A stretch of 63,990 nucleotides of DNA, filler included, from Octopus bimaculoides (taxonomy: Eukaryota): assembly GCF_001194135.2 (NCBI RefSeq). It is 7 parts of 7 records of this genome, joined end to end, with 100 filler letters (N's around TTAATTAATTAA, not from the genome) between each part and the next. Parts side by side here need not be neighbours in the genome. Positions count along the whole stretch, not along the records: positions 22,256 to 32,618 come from NC_068987.1; positions 32,719 to 49,337 come from NC_068989.1; 5 more parts are not named here. The stretch is one strand, 5' to 3'. This document shows, in pieces, positions 24,539 through 36,673 of this stretch. Both the position numbers and the translations under genes were made by a program. The first letter of the stretch is position 1; each line of letters opens with the position of its first letter. The notes under the pieces were generated by a model, which had not been told where the DNA came from, did not search any database, and saw only the letters and a program-made list of their open reading frames with translations.

Positions 24539-25370
24539 TATACATAATACACCCAAACACACATCTATATAAAGGTGTGTTTAGTGGGATATATTATCCG
24601 GGCGGATATCATATTAGTTCTCGGTTAAGTTCTAGTTAACGGCTAACCACAGTAATCATTATCTAACTTGTGTGACTACAATTAGTTGTTAATCACTTCG
24701 TGCATTCTTCCTATGGGTAATTTCGTGTCCTTTTTGCTGAACGGTAAAAATTGCCTGGTGTATATACTGATATTAATAACAGTAAATGCTATGGAGACTT
24801 CTACATCCACAAAATTTATTTTATAGCTATAATATAGTGACCTATGCGTATTTCCGCGCAAGAAAATATTCATGCGTTTAGTTTATGAATGTGTGCGTGC
24901 GCGTGCTGGTGCGCGTGTGCAAGTACGGGCCTCTTCGCGCGCGGTTGTAGTGGTGTTTGTCACTCAACAAGGTAGATTCACAGATGGTGGTGATGATGAT
25001 GATGATGATGATGATGGTGGATAATCTCAATTAATCAAAACTGTGTTCCGTTTTTCACAGTCGTCTGAAGATAGGCAACGCGAAACTCGGTAGAAAGGAT
25101 TTGTGAAAGCTTCAGATACAGCACTTTATTTCTATTATAAATGACCTTCTTTTCTTTTCATATTTACATTTACGCGACTATGTCTAAGTCTATCTGTCTA
25201 TCTCTGTCAGTTTGACTGTCACTGTCTGTCCGTCTGTCTGTCTACCTCTCATCATCTACCTGTCTCTCTACCTTTTTCTGTGTGTATATGTATGTCTGTA
25301 GGCAGGCAGGCAGGTAGGTAGGTAGGTAGGTAGGTAGGTAGGTAGGTAGGTAGGTAGGTTATCTATGTAT

Positions 25371-25459
25371 GTCGTTTTGTTACATACTGCGTTTTGTTAC
25401 ATACTGTCGTTTTGTTACATACTGTCGTTTTGTTACATACTGTCGTTTTGTTACATACT
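25371..25459. repeat. 5 x 18-bp minisatellite GTCGTTTTGTTACATACT
   Basis: Visible tandem units without spacers. Confidence 0.9.
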
Positions 25460-25818
25460 ATACTGGAGCACCGCATAGAAGAATTTAGTCGAACAAATCG
25501 AGCTTAGTACGTTTCTTTTAAAGCGTGGCACTTATTCTGTCGATGTCTTTTTGCCGAACAGGAGCAACTGTTTTCTCGAAGGTACATATTGTCGTGAATT
25601 GCTCAAACTGTGGAGTAGATAAACAGCCGACAACTGATGAAAAGTAGTTCTTTATGTTGCTTGTCTTGTTTTCCATTCGTTTCTTTCGTTGTTTGCATAC
25701 AAAAGTTCGTCTTCGTATTTCATGTTGTTTACGTTTTATGACGTCCTGTACCTATATATGCATGTATATATACATATATATATATGTAAGTATGTACATA
25801 TATGTATGTATGTATATA

Positions 25819-25853
<35 letters not shown>

Positions 25854-25879
25854 TTTTATTTTTTCTTTTATTCTTTTAT

Positions 25880-26020
25880 TTGTTTATTTGTCATTTGACT
25901 GCAGCCATGCTGGAACATCACCTTTGGTTGAGCAAATCGATCCCAGGACTTTGTAAGCCTAGTACTTATTCTATCGGCCCCTTTTGCCGAACCGCTATGT
26001 TACAGGGACGCAAAAAAAAC
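25880..26020 (-). mobile_element. SINE 3' fragment (same family as 56262-56603)
   Basis: GTCATTTGACTGCAGCCATGCTGGA...GTAAGCCTAGTACTTATTCTATCGG...GCCGAACCGCTA shared with 56291-56420. Confidence 0.8.
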
Positions 26021-26693
26021 CAACATCGCTACTTAGAAAAAATAAGTAGCGATCGTGATACCCACCATGAAGAAATGATCAAACTCAGTAACAATCTATT
26101 AAGCACCAACTACCCCAAAAACATACTATCTACTCCAATTATAAAGAAAAGAGAGGATGAGACCAATGAACAGTCTACAGTCTGTCTACTCTATGTGAAA
26201 GGCCTCTCCGAAAGGATACAAAAGATATGCGGTCCATATGACATAAGGACAGTGTTCAAGAGTAATACAAGACTTCGCAAATATCTCCTTCGAGTAAAAC
26301 CCCCAATAGAAGAGAATATGGCCAAAAAACTGCGTGTACTCCATCCCATGCAGCTGTGGTAGATTATACAAAGGCGAAACATGTCGCCCACTCAAAATAA
26401 GGGTAGACGAACATCGCAAAGCTGTGACACGAGGAGATATTGATAAATCGGGTATAGCTGATCATGTATGGAAAAATGGAGACCGCCTCCCCCTGTGGGA
26501 TGAAGTTAAAATAATAGACAGAGAACAGCACTGGAAAATACGATAGCTAAAAGAAGCACCGCATATGCTAGGACACAACAACCTCCTAAGCAGACCGAGT
26601 GCAGATATGAGCAGCATATGGGAACCGGTATTAAGGAAAGATAGGAAAATATTAGATTTATAAGCCCTAAAATTCACTCCATAATTGCCCGCG

Positions 26694-26748
26694 GGCATAT
26701 GGCGTAGTGGTTAAGAGCGGGGCTACTAACCCCAAGATTCCGAGTTCG

Positions 26749-26750
<2 letters not shown>
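26694..26750 (+). promoter_or_regulatory. tRNA-like Pol III internal promoter (A box, partial B box)
   Basis: A box TGGCGTAGTGG (26700-26710), anticodon-arm-like GGG-CTACTAA-CCC, B-box start GAGTTCG (26742-26748). No 3' acceptor strand, so not a functional tRNA gene. Confidence 0.65.
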
Positions 26751-26804
<54 letters not shown>

Positions 26805-26851
26805 TCGAAAAATACCTTTAGAATGGGAACCAAGGTTTGAAATTTCCCCAA

Positions 26852-26897
26852 AACACCTGATGAAGGCTGGAGGGTATATCAGCCGAAACGTTGTGTT
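26852..26897 (+). ncRNA. Minimal type I hammerhead ribozyme in a PLE terminal repeat
   Basis: AACAC-CTGATGA-A-GGCTG-GAGGGTATAT-CAGCC-GAAA-CG-TT-GTGTT: 5-bp helix I, 5-bp helix II, palindromic ACGT helix III (dimer type). PLEs are known to carry such motifs. Confidence 0.8.
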
Positions 26898-27717
26898 AAC
26901 CACAAACACGATAAGGACCAATATCCGTCAAATGTAAATAATGTAAATAATGTGATCCTAATCTTCAGCCATTTTGAATTTCATGTAACTCCCAATAAAT
27001 GTGTTGAATGTCCTTCTCTCGTTTGTCCACTCACTTGTATATATATATATATGTGTGTGTGTGCGTGTAGGTAAATGTATATATGCTAAGAAATATATGG
27101 CGAAATTGATAGGCCTGTAGTAAATCGCTAAAGTAAACAAAAGCCTGGACAATATCAGAGAATGTGAAATAATAAAGATTACGGAATGAAATGTAAATTT
27201 TAGGGCGTAAAAATGATAGGAGAGGAGCGTTAAGAAGGTCAGAACACGAGAGGTTTGAAATTGCAGTCATAAAGTAAGAGAATGATGAACAAATTTTAAA
27301 ATAAGTATAAAAGAAAAAAGTAAGAAATTTATCGAAAGACTGAAATAAATTGAAGGAACAGAATAAATTAGGATTAAAGGGGTGGAGAAAGAATAAAAGA
27401 AGTAGTGTCCGTTTCGTAAAAACAGACAAGTTTATTTTGTTAAAAGGCAAAATGGACGTTTGCTTATTTTTGTCTGTTAACAACTGGAGGAACTTAGTTC
27501 GCTGTCTGTCTGCTGCTTTGCAACTCCTTTCTCCCACCCTTGCTTATGTGCATACGAAATGTATGTATGTATGTATGTATGTATGTATGTATGTATGTAT
27601 GTATGTATGTATATGTGTGTGTGTGTGTGTATGTTTATCCGAATATTTACATATGTATATATGTATAAATATATGTATAAGCATACATCTATGCATGTAT
27701 GTAGTAGAAAACTCACA

Positions 27718-27775
<58 letters not shown>

Positions 27776-27906
27776 ACACACACACACACACGCGCGCACA
27801 CACATAAGTACAAACGCATACGCTAAGTGTGCAGTTGTTAAAACATGCTGAAATTTTCACAGACACGTAGGTAGTGTGTGTACGTATTAGTATGAGTGTA
27901 TGTGGG

Positions 27907-27950
<44 letters not shown>

Positions 27951-29140
27951 CTTGCGCATACATACATGCATAATACATGATACATAAATACATACATACA
28001 TACGTACCTACATAAGTGTATCATCACCAATCCCAACATTCATTTTCTGTCTGCCGTGGGATGTTTTTTGTCTTAGTTTCCAAGTAATAACATTGTCTAA
28101 ACATTCATTCAAATGTGATGACTGTACACACTGTACACACACACACACGCGCGCGCGCGCGCGCGCACGCATTTAAATACACGCTATATGTGTGTTTGTA
28201 TGTATGCGTGTATGTGTGCATTAATCATCCGGTTATTTACGTTATATCTATTTTGTCTTTTTCTACTTATTTCTTTCACCAGTTTGGTACATAACATCTT
28301 GAACAAATATTTTATTTACGTCTTTTAGCTGCGTTTAACTTCAATTGTGTATTTCAATGCAGTAAAACCAATGTTTTGAGATTACTAACTGTGTCACAAG
28401 TTCTGCCTGTTTAATCTTACTACAAAAACACAAAAAGCAAAAAGTAAAAAAAAACAATAACATATTTAAGTAACTAAAGCTTGTTAGACTAGTACGATAC
28501 TGTTTTTAAGATATTGTGCTTTGACCAGTTGTTGTAAAAGGGTTTCTCTATATGTACCTCCCTGTGAAATTGGTGAATGTTGTTTCATAACATTGCAATG
28601 TAATTTCCATCTGAGAAATATTTGATTGGCATTAAAAAAATTGTTACATTTGATAAATTATCAAATAAAGTTGACAAAATGTATCACTGCGAAACGTCTG
28701 TTTTTAACTCTTTGTGTGTCCTGTGTATCATATGTGATACACCGGACTTATTTCTCTGGCGTCAATACATCGTATATGCTATGCATATAGGATAACAGAT
28801 AACAACAGCAAACAATATGTAAAGATATAGTTAAAAGAACAATTACATCCTAATCTATATTTCCCAAGAGAAAGGACTTTTACTATCTGCAGAGTTGCTA
28901 GCGTTCTTAGATCTCTACTTAATCCGAGATTTTTCTGATTTTATCAGCAAAACCTAATGCATATATACATTATATGTATACATTCGGTGGAGAACAGGAA
29001 GAATCGTTAGCAAGACGGTCAAAATGATTAGCGGCAGTCGGTGAATTGTGTAGCCGAAGCTGAGAAGTATAAATTCGCGCAGCCGTTGATCCTGGCTGGG
29101 CTGCAATCGCTGTCTAGTTGTCAGACAAACGATCTATCTA

Positions 29141-30062
29141 TCTTACTGAAAGACTGTTTCCCCCCGGAAACAGTTCCGCAACCATAAGCTGAATTTGATC
29201 AGATAGAATGCTTAAATTGTCTTGACTATTAATTCTGCCATAAAGGGAAACCATTGGGCCTGCGGATTTCCAAGATATAGCCCCCACCACTAGATCATCA
29301 CAGATCCTCCTCCATGTTTAACAGTTGAAAGAAGGCAGTCTGGGTTAAATACTTCTTTTGGCTGTCTCCACACGTATACTCGGCCGGTGGTCGGAAATAA
29401 GGTAAAGGATGACTCGTTCGAGAAAATAACATTCTTCCACTGCTCTAGGGACGAATTCTGTAGGTTTTTACTCCACTGTAGACGCTTTGCAACGTTTGTT
29501 TTTGAAAGTAGTGATTTTCTGATTGTAGGCCTCCCGTGAAATACAGCTTTGAGCAGCTCCTGGCGAACAGTTTTTGTGGAAACTGGGTTCTCGAGGTGGT
29601 CATTAAGCTCTGCAATAATTTTGGGAGCTGTCTTTTTGTGATCCTTTCTAACAATTTGCGTAAGAGTCTGATTGTCCCTATCTGAAAGTTTTGGTTTTCT
29701 TCCAGAGTTTTGTTTCGACGAAGAGATTTTCCCCTCTTTCTTAAAGGCTGTCATTACTTTCGAAGCAGTACTTCTTGACACACCAAACAATTCGGCTGTT
29801 TTCGTTACGCTAGCGCCTTCCATACGAGCACCAACAATTTGGCCTCTTTGAAAGTTCGATAAATCTGTCATTTTAATGAATTTTAATTACCTTTTTCTTA
29901 TGATATCTGAAAAGAAACAGCAATTTTAGCAAAACATATGAAGCAACACTAATAATAATTCAAAAAACATAAAAATAAACAAGCGTTTGACGGTTTTATA
30001 GATATATTAAAATTACGACGCTATGATGCTAGGTGTTTCCATTATTTTGTCCAACCCCTGTG
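29141..30062 (-). mobile_element. Tc1-like transposon, 3'-truncated and disabled
   Basis: 5' TIR TA-CACAGGGGTTGGACAAAATAATGGAAACAC. ORF 29871-29290 encodes paired-like HTH, GRKPKL, WKNVIFSNES (first catalytic D mutated) and TVKHGGGSVM. A stop and frameshifts follow; it ends at VFQ*D. Confidence 0.9.
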
Positions 30063-30068
30063 TACACG

Positions 30069-30150
<82 letters not shown>

Positions 30151-30840
30151 TACACAGACACACATATACGCACACACACATATACATACACACACATATA
30201 TACTTACGTAAGAGAGAAAGAAAGAGAGAGAGAGAGTGAGAGAGAGACTGTCAGACAGCCAGATAGGCATATATACCTGCACTGTGCACATATGTAGAAG
30301 AAAGGTAATTATCTCTTCCAACGTATGTTTATTTGTATACATATGAATAGATATACATATACATATGTACATACACACAGACACACACACACACATGCGT
30401 AGAATGTTTTGATATATGCGGACTATCATTAAGTACTCGCACGTGTGCATGTATGTATATCTTTAAATATCAATTAAATTCTTTCTCGATCAAATAAACA
30501 ATAAAGTGCAACCCATTTATTGGGCAATCTTTTCCTGTTTTGTTGTCAAGCCGTAACAATTAAAAGTGAGAATACGTGTACATGTTTCTAACTGTATGTG
30601 CGTACGCACACATGTGCGTGTGTGTGTAAAGTGAGCTGCAGTGAGAAAGAAATACACAAAGGTAGAGTGAAAGATGCGTGAAACTTGAATTTTCTACATC
30701 TGAGGAATTCCGGCTTTCGTCTGGAACCCGACATCGTTGATAACCCAATTTTTGGGTCGAGAGCTGCTTCTCTGGAAATACTCTGATTTCACACTCTACC
30801 TGACCTTATATATTTATATAAATATAAATATATCAGTGGT

Positions 30841-30873
<33 letters not shown>

Positions 30874-30942
30874 CACACATACATACATGTGCGTGCGTGT
30901 GCGAGAGGGAGAGGGAGAGAGAGAAGGATATGTATATATATA

Positions 30943-30984
<42 letters not shown>

Positions 30985-31366
30985 NNNNNNNNNNNNNNNN
31001 NNNNNNNNNNNNNNNNNNNNNNNNNNNNNNNNNNNNNNNNNNNNNNNNNNNNNNNNNNNNNNNNNNNNNNNNNNNNNNNNNNNNNNNNNNNNNNNNNNNN
31101 NNNNNNNNNNNNNNNNNNNNNNNNNNNNNNNNNNNNNNNNNNNNNNNNNNNNNNNNNNNNNNNNNNNNNNNNNNNNNNNNNNNNNNNNNNNNNNNNNNNN
31201 NNNNNNNNNNNNNNNNNNNNNNNNNNNNNNNNNNNNNNNNNNNNNNNNNNNNNNNNNNNNNNNNNNNNNNNNNNNNNNNNNNNNNNNNNNNNNNNNNNNN
31301 NNNNNNNNNNNNNNNNNNNNNNNNNNNNNNNNNNNNNNNNNNNNNNNNNNNNNNNNNNNNNNNNNC

Positions 31367-31504
31367 CAACTCTATTTACAACGCCAGTTAACGCAAAAAT
31401 GTGACAGCTCACCTTTGATGCAAATCTGATGAAGTGCCTCCGTAATGTCTAAAATCGCAAACATAAAGCAAATTTTGCGTAAACTGGCGTTGCAAATAGA
31501 GTTG
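31367..31504. mobile_element. ~140-bp MITE-like element
   Basis: 32-bp inverted termini CAACTCTATTTACAACGCCAGTTAACGCAAAA / TTTTGCGTAAACTGGCGTTGCAAATAGAGTTG with 2 mismatches. The left flank is an N gap. Confidence 0.65.
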
Positions 31505-31540
31505 CTGCAGAAACAATCATAACGAATCATCAAAGATGTA

Positions 31541-32618
31541 TCAGGTCATTCTATAAGTTCTGTTCGATTTTACCTTTTTTTAATGACTAATGGAATTAAA
31601 ATTATTTTTATGCATCTGTGTACATTTAAACCAATTAAATATTATTTTACAGAATAATAGAATCAAAATTTCTTTGATTAAAACCCTTTCTAACATAGAA
31701 GTATCTAAAGAGCATTTAAGGCACATGATGCTTTATGAGTACAAAAAAGGGAACTCTGCAGCCGAAGCGACTCGAAACATACACTCAGTTTATGGGGAAG
31801 AATGCTTGAATGAAAGAACTTGCAGAAGATGGTTTGCAAAATTCAGAAGTGGAGATTTCAGCCTTGAAGATGAAGATCGAACAGGACATCCAGTTGAGTT
31901 TGATGATAAGCTGCTTAACTGTTCATCGTCATCTTCAACAACTTAGAAAGGTTCCTAAACGTGGAAAATGGGTGCCTCATGAATTTTCCGAAAGCAACTG
32001 CAAATCCCGAGTTGACATCTGCACTTCTCTCCATTCTCGCGAACTCATTTCACTCTTTTTGGATAGACTTGTGACTGGTAACGAAATATGGATCTTCTAT
32101 CGAAATGTTAAACGTCGTAAATAGTGGCTTGGTAAAAGGGAAAATGCTCAACCACAACCAAGAAGGTAACTTCGTGGAGAAAAGTTTCTTCTCTCTATCT
32201 AGTGGGATTGAAAAAGATTAATTCACTTTGAATTGTTACCACCTCATGCAACAATCAATGCTCAAGTCTACTGTCAGCAATTAAAGTGTTTGAACAAAGC
32301 TTTGAAGAAAAAAAGACCCGCTTTAGTGACTCGAAAAGGAGTGATATTTCATCAGGACATTGCGTGACCCCACACAGCAAAGATCACATCACAGAAGATC
32401 GAAGAGCTTGATTGGGAAAAAAATTCCTCATCCACCTTATTCTTCCGACCTTGCTCCTTCAGACTACCATTTGTTTCGTAATTTACAGAATCATTTGGGA
32501 GACATAACTTTCGCAAGCCAGGAGGAGGTCGAAACTGGCATTTCAGAGTTCTTCGTCTTGAAACCAAAAGAGTTTTACATTGATGGGATTACAAAGCTTG
32601 TAAATACTTGGAAGAAAG
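31541..32618 (+). mobile_element. Decayed mariner (DD34D) transposon
   Basis: TA-TCAGGTCATT TIR start. Motifs ERTCRRWFAKFRSG, WVPHE, VTGNEIW, HQDIA*PH and HPPYSSDLAPSDYHLF. Internal deletion, several stops, cut by spacer. Confidence 0.92.
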
Positions 32619-32718
32619 NNNNNNNNNNNNNNNNNNNNNNNNNNNNNNNNNNNNNNNNNNNNTTAATTAATTAANNNNNNNNNNNNNNNNNNNNNNNNNN
32701 NNNNNNNNNNNNNNNNNN
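32619..32718. other. Artificial 100-bp scaffold spacer
   Basis: N44-TTAATTAATTAA-N44. Confidence 0.95.
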
Positions 32719-34716
32719 TGAGCGGAGGGTGCGAACTAAAGGGGCTGCGGAGATGCTGGTAAAGCGCCGATTGGGAATATTGCGGGAGCTAACCGCTGAG
32801 TTCGATCTGGAGCTGAGCGTAATTTTTGTGCCTTCCGAAAAGAACAGGGCAGACGTCCTAACCAGGGTAAAGCAAGCTTGGTTGCAGGTGCCAGAGGATG
32901 CGGAGCAGGCTGTGACTGCAGTATGCTGTCTGAGTGACTCGGAGTTGAGGAGACTGCATACCATGCATCACATGGGAGTGGACAGGACATTGTTCCTAGC
33001 CAGGAAAGTTGACTCCGAGGTAACGAGGCAGAGCGTGCAGAGAGTAGTTAGCAGCTGTGACAGGTGCCAGTCTATTGACCCTACTCCAGGCATACATGAG
33101 GCGGGAAGTATTCCAGTGGCCCACAACTGGAAACGACTNNNNNNNNNNAATCAAAGAGTGGGATCGTTTGGTGTGACGCCAGTAGCATCGCAATTGGGGT
33201 TGTCTTGGAAATGGGAGGCACCGTGGTAGAAGATGCAGCCTGGCTCAGGAAGATGGATGACTGCAACCATATCAACGTGGCGGAGTTGGATGCCGTGCTG
33301 AAGGGGGTGAACCTGGCCTTGAAGTGGGGGCTGTGCACCATTGAAATTAGAACCGATTCGGCCACTGTGCTTGGTTGGGTGACGGCAGTCATCACCAATG
33401 AGCGGAGGGTGCGAACTAAAGGGGCTGCGGAGATGCTGGTAAAGCGCCGATTGGGAATATTGCGGGAGCTAACCGCTGAGTTNNNNNNNNNNNNNNNNNN
33501 NNNNNNNNNNNNNNNNNNNNNNNNNNNNNNNNNNNNNNNNNNNNNNNNNNNNNNNNNNNNNNNNNNNNNNNNNNNNNNNNNNNNNNNNNNNNNNNNNNNN
33601 NNNNNNNNNNNNNNNNNNNNNNNNNNNNNNNNNNNNNNNNNNNNNNNNNNNNNNNNNNNNNNNNNNNNNNNNNNNNNNNNNNNNNNNNNNNNNNNNNNNN
33701 NNNNNNNNNNNNNNNNNNNNNNNNNNNNNNNNNNNNNNNNNNNNNNNNNNNNNNNNNNNNNNNNNNNNNNNNNNNNNNNNNNNNNNNNNNNNNNNNNNNN
33801 NNNNNNNNNNNNNNNNNNNNNNNNNNNNNNNNNNNNNNNNNNNNNNNNNNNNNNNNNNNNNNNNNNNNNNNNNNNNNNNNNNNNNNNNNNNNNNNNNNNN
33901 NNNNNNNNNNNNNNNNNNNNNNNNNNNNNNNNNNNNNNNNNNNNNNNNNNNNNNNNNNNNNNNNNNNNNNNNNNNNNNNNNNNNNNNNNNNNNNNNNNNN
34001 NNNNNNNNNNNNNNNNNNNNNNNNNNNNNNNNNNNNNNNNNNNNNNNNNNNNNNNNNNNNNNNNNNNNNNNNNNNNNNNNNNNNNNNNNNNNNNNNNNNN
34101 NNNNNNNNNNNNNNNNNNNNNNNNNNNNNNNNNNNNNNNNNNNNNNNNNNNNNNNNNNNNNNNNNNNNNNNNNNNNNNNNNNNNNNNNNNNNNNNNNNNN
34201 NNNNNNNNNNNNNNNNNNNNNNNNNNNNNNNNNNNNNNNNNNATCAAGACCATGGCAGAGAGGGGCCACATTTCGCCAATCGAGGCCATATTTTGTTACA
34301 ATATGTCGCCCAGGTCAGGACAGGCTGAGGAGTCGGTGCCACACAAGGCAATATTCAGGTACGAGTGGAGGCACCCGTGTATTGCATCAATGCGACTCCG
34401 GGGAGAAGAAGAGCACACCTTCGTGCAGATCGGGGAAGAAGTTTGGGTAAAACCCCCAAATGCACGGTGCATTTCACAATGGGGGAAAGGAACTATAACC
34501 TCCATCAATTCAATGAACAACGTCTCAGTCGAAGGTATGCCACGCCATGTTTTGGATGTGCGGAAGATTGTCAGTGCTCCAGATGATGAAGACAGCAGCA
34601 GTAGGCAAGATGATGAAGGCAGCACGCCAGGAACTCAGGCCAGTCCCGGGATCGCACAGCGACCACAGAGGGAGCAGTACCCTCCTCCCTGGTTGACTGA
34701 TTATGAAACCAATTAA
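32719..34716 (+). mobile_element. Gypsy/Ty3-type LTR retrotransposon pol 3' part (RNase H, HHCC zinc domain, integrase C-terminus)
   Basis: HINVAELDAV...IRTDSATV (RNase H), HTMHHMGVDRT...SCDRCQ (HHCC), YNMSPR...YEWRHP. Stop at 34714-34716. Contigs are out of order and the integrase core lies in the gap. Confidence 0.88.
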
Positions 34717-34779
34717 GGTAGTTCGGGAGCGAGGAGTGAGTGGGAGAGCCGGTTGAATGTTCTATAGATCAGGGGGGCG

Positions 34780-35063
34780 TGTGGTGTTATGGGCTGTGAT
34801 GAGCGGTGTGTTGTGGTGGAGAGAGGTGAGGCAAACAGAAGTGAAGCCAGACCAGAAGGGCCAGACCGGAAGGGTCAGACGGGAAGTCGGCGACATGCGG
34901 TCAAAGGCCAGCACGTGGGGGCAGTCAGAAAACAGAGAGGTTACGAGCAAGACGTGTTCTGATCAGGAGCGATCGTGTACTCCGCTGCGGTCGACAAGGT
35001 AAGGTCCAACGTTTCATTCTGTCCTTTTGCTTCTTGTTGTCTTTTTTCCTCCATCACATCACA
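34780..35063 (+). mobile_element. 3' LTR (~284 bp) of the Gypsy element
   Basis: Preceded by purine tract AGGGGGGCG. Termini TGTGGTGTTATGG ... CCATCACATCACA give TG...CA with short inverted repeats. Confidence 0.75.
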
Positions 35064-35964
35064 TAACAGAAGCTCAACCCTGAGTTAAAAGTATTCTTCA
35101 ATTAGGATGGTCAAAGCATTATTCTCATCTTTCACATGAAGCTAATTTCTTCTGTTATTAATGTAATTACAAACTACATTCATCTCAAGCACACCTCTTT
35201 ACACTACTGGCAAGCCACAATTAAAATTGTACATATTGTTATAAACTTCAATAAAAAATAAATGTTATTTCAACAACACTTTAAGCTGATGTATTATGGA
35301 ACAACATGCAGCTAAACTTAAAAACCAAAAAAATCAAATGTCCTTTTAACCAGCCCATCACTTACAATATGCCACTTTCACTTTGTCAAGCTATAGCCAG
35401 TTTTAGAAACCAGATTGACTTGCTTGTTTGTCAAAGCAGTTATTTTCAAGTGTCATTAAGAATTACCTTATTGTTGTTCATTTCTGTGATTTTTTTCATT
35501 GTTGTTCATTTTTGTTGTTGAATTATTTTGCTCTAATTTTGTTGTTCATTGTTGTGTTTTGTTGTTTTAAGTTAAAGTGCATAGTTATAACAAAGTCTGG
35601 CTGTGATTTCTAGTGGATCAACCAAAACACCATAATGTGAGGAAATTAATAGAATTTATTCAGTTACTGTATGACATAAATAATGATGATGATGATAATT
35701 TTAAACAAGACACTATTGCTACAGCAATAATAATTTTAAACAAACGAACATTTCTACTAATGCATGTAACCATTAGTTACAGAATAATATTATATCATGG
35801 GAGAGCAAATCCATGAAATAAATAAACAATTAGAAAACACACTGTTTATGTATAGGGGGTTCCTATAAGGTTGTTATCCACCCCTGATTGGAACTCTCCC
35901 GTATGACATGTACGCATGCTCAGTGACTTGTTTTAACTTCCGCAGAGTAGCTATGATATTTTTT

Positions 35965-36004
<40 letters not shown>

Positions 36005-36384
36005 TAATAAAGGGTAGAAATTGNNNNNNNNNNNNNNNNNNNNNNNNNNNNNNNNNNNNNNNNNNNNNNNNNNNNNNNNNNNNNNNNNNNNNNNNNNNNN
36101 NNNNNNNNNNNNNNNNNNNNNNNNNNNNNNNNNNNNNNNNNNNNNNNNNNNNNNNNNNNNNNNNNNNNNNNNNNNNNNNNNNNNNNNNNNNNNNNNNNNN
36201 NNNNNNNNNNNNNNNNNNNNNTCTAGCATATAAGAGTCCACTTTTGCTGGTCATTCCTCTTATTTTTGTATGTGTGTGTGTGTGTGTGTGTGTTTGATTA
36301 AATAATAAATTTACAGCATTGAATCTAATATTCCTCTAATTATTAAACTTTATAGTGTGACTGTCCCTACCTCTTCTACACCCC

Positions 36385-36673
36385 ATCATGCTCATGGCCA
36401 AATCAGTGAATGGTTGCTGAAAGCTATGCTGAAAGCAGATTGGGATCAGGCAATACTTCACTGAGAGTAGATTATTCCTGTCTGAAGTATCGTCCGATAC
36501 TTAAGACTTATCGTCCAATGAATTTACTTTGTTGACATTCTTCATCGACAGAATTTTTATACCTTTCAACCAAGTTCGCCTTTCTTATACTGTCCATATA
36601 ATCTTAAATATTTCTTTAACTCAGGCACAGTAAGTACTTCGATAGCTGAATCATCAACCTGCTTTATATCCAT
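36385..36673 (-). pseudogene. Decayed SAP-domain-containing ORF remnant, probably transposon-derived
   Basis: MDIKQVDDSAIEVLTVPELKKYLRLYGQY/RKANLVER (SAP-like L.V.ELK..L...G....G.K..LV.R, frameshifted), followed by EVLPDPNLL. Confidence 0.5.

Larger units (their letters stand above)
26020..26952 (+). mobile_element. 5'-truncated Penelope-like element: GIY-YIG endonuclease remnant plus terminal repeat
   Basis: LLYVKGLSERIQKI...VYSIPCSCGRLYKGETCRPLKIRVDEH...IADHVW...LKEA. One frameshift (~26330) and one stop. The ORF ends ~26662 and is followed by the tRNA-like head, (AAT)n, an HHR and an (AATGTA)n-like tail. Confidence 0.9.

Noticed and set aside
25371-25459. CRISPR-like array (also 21461-21540 and 23528-23633)
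   Set aside because: Head-to-tail repeats without unique spacers, no cas genes, and a eukaryotic context.
26694-26750. Functional tRNA gene
   Set aside because: The T arm and 3' acceptor strand are missing, it runs into (AAT)n, and it lies inside a retroelement.
30690-30800. Possible hammerhead on the minus strand (CAGACGAAAGCCGG...GAAA); also CTGATGA at ~25636, ~31427 and ~41270 (minus)
   Set aside because: Core boxes are incomplete or helices II and III cannot form; consistent with chance matches.
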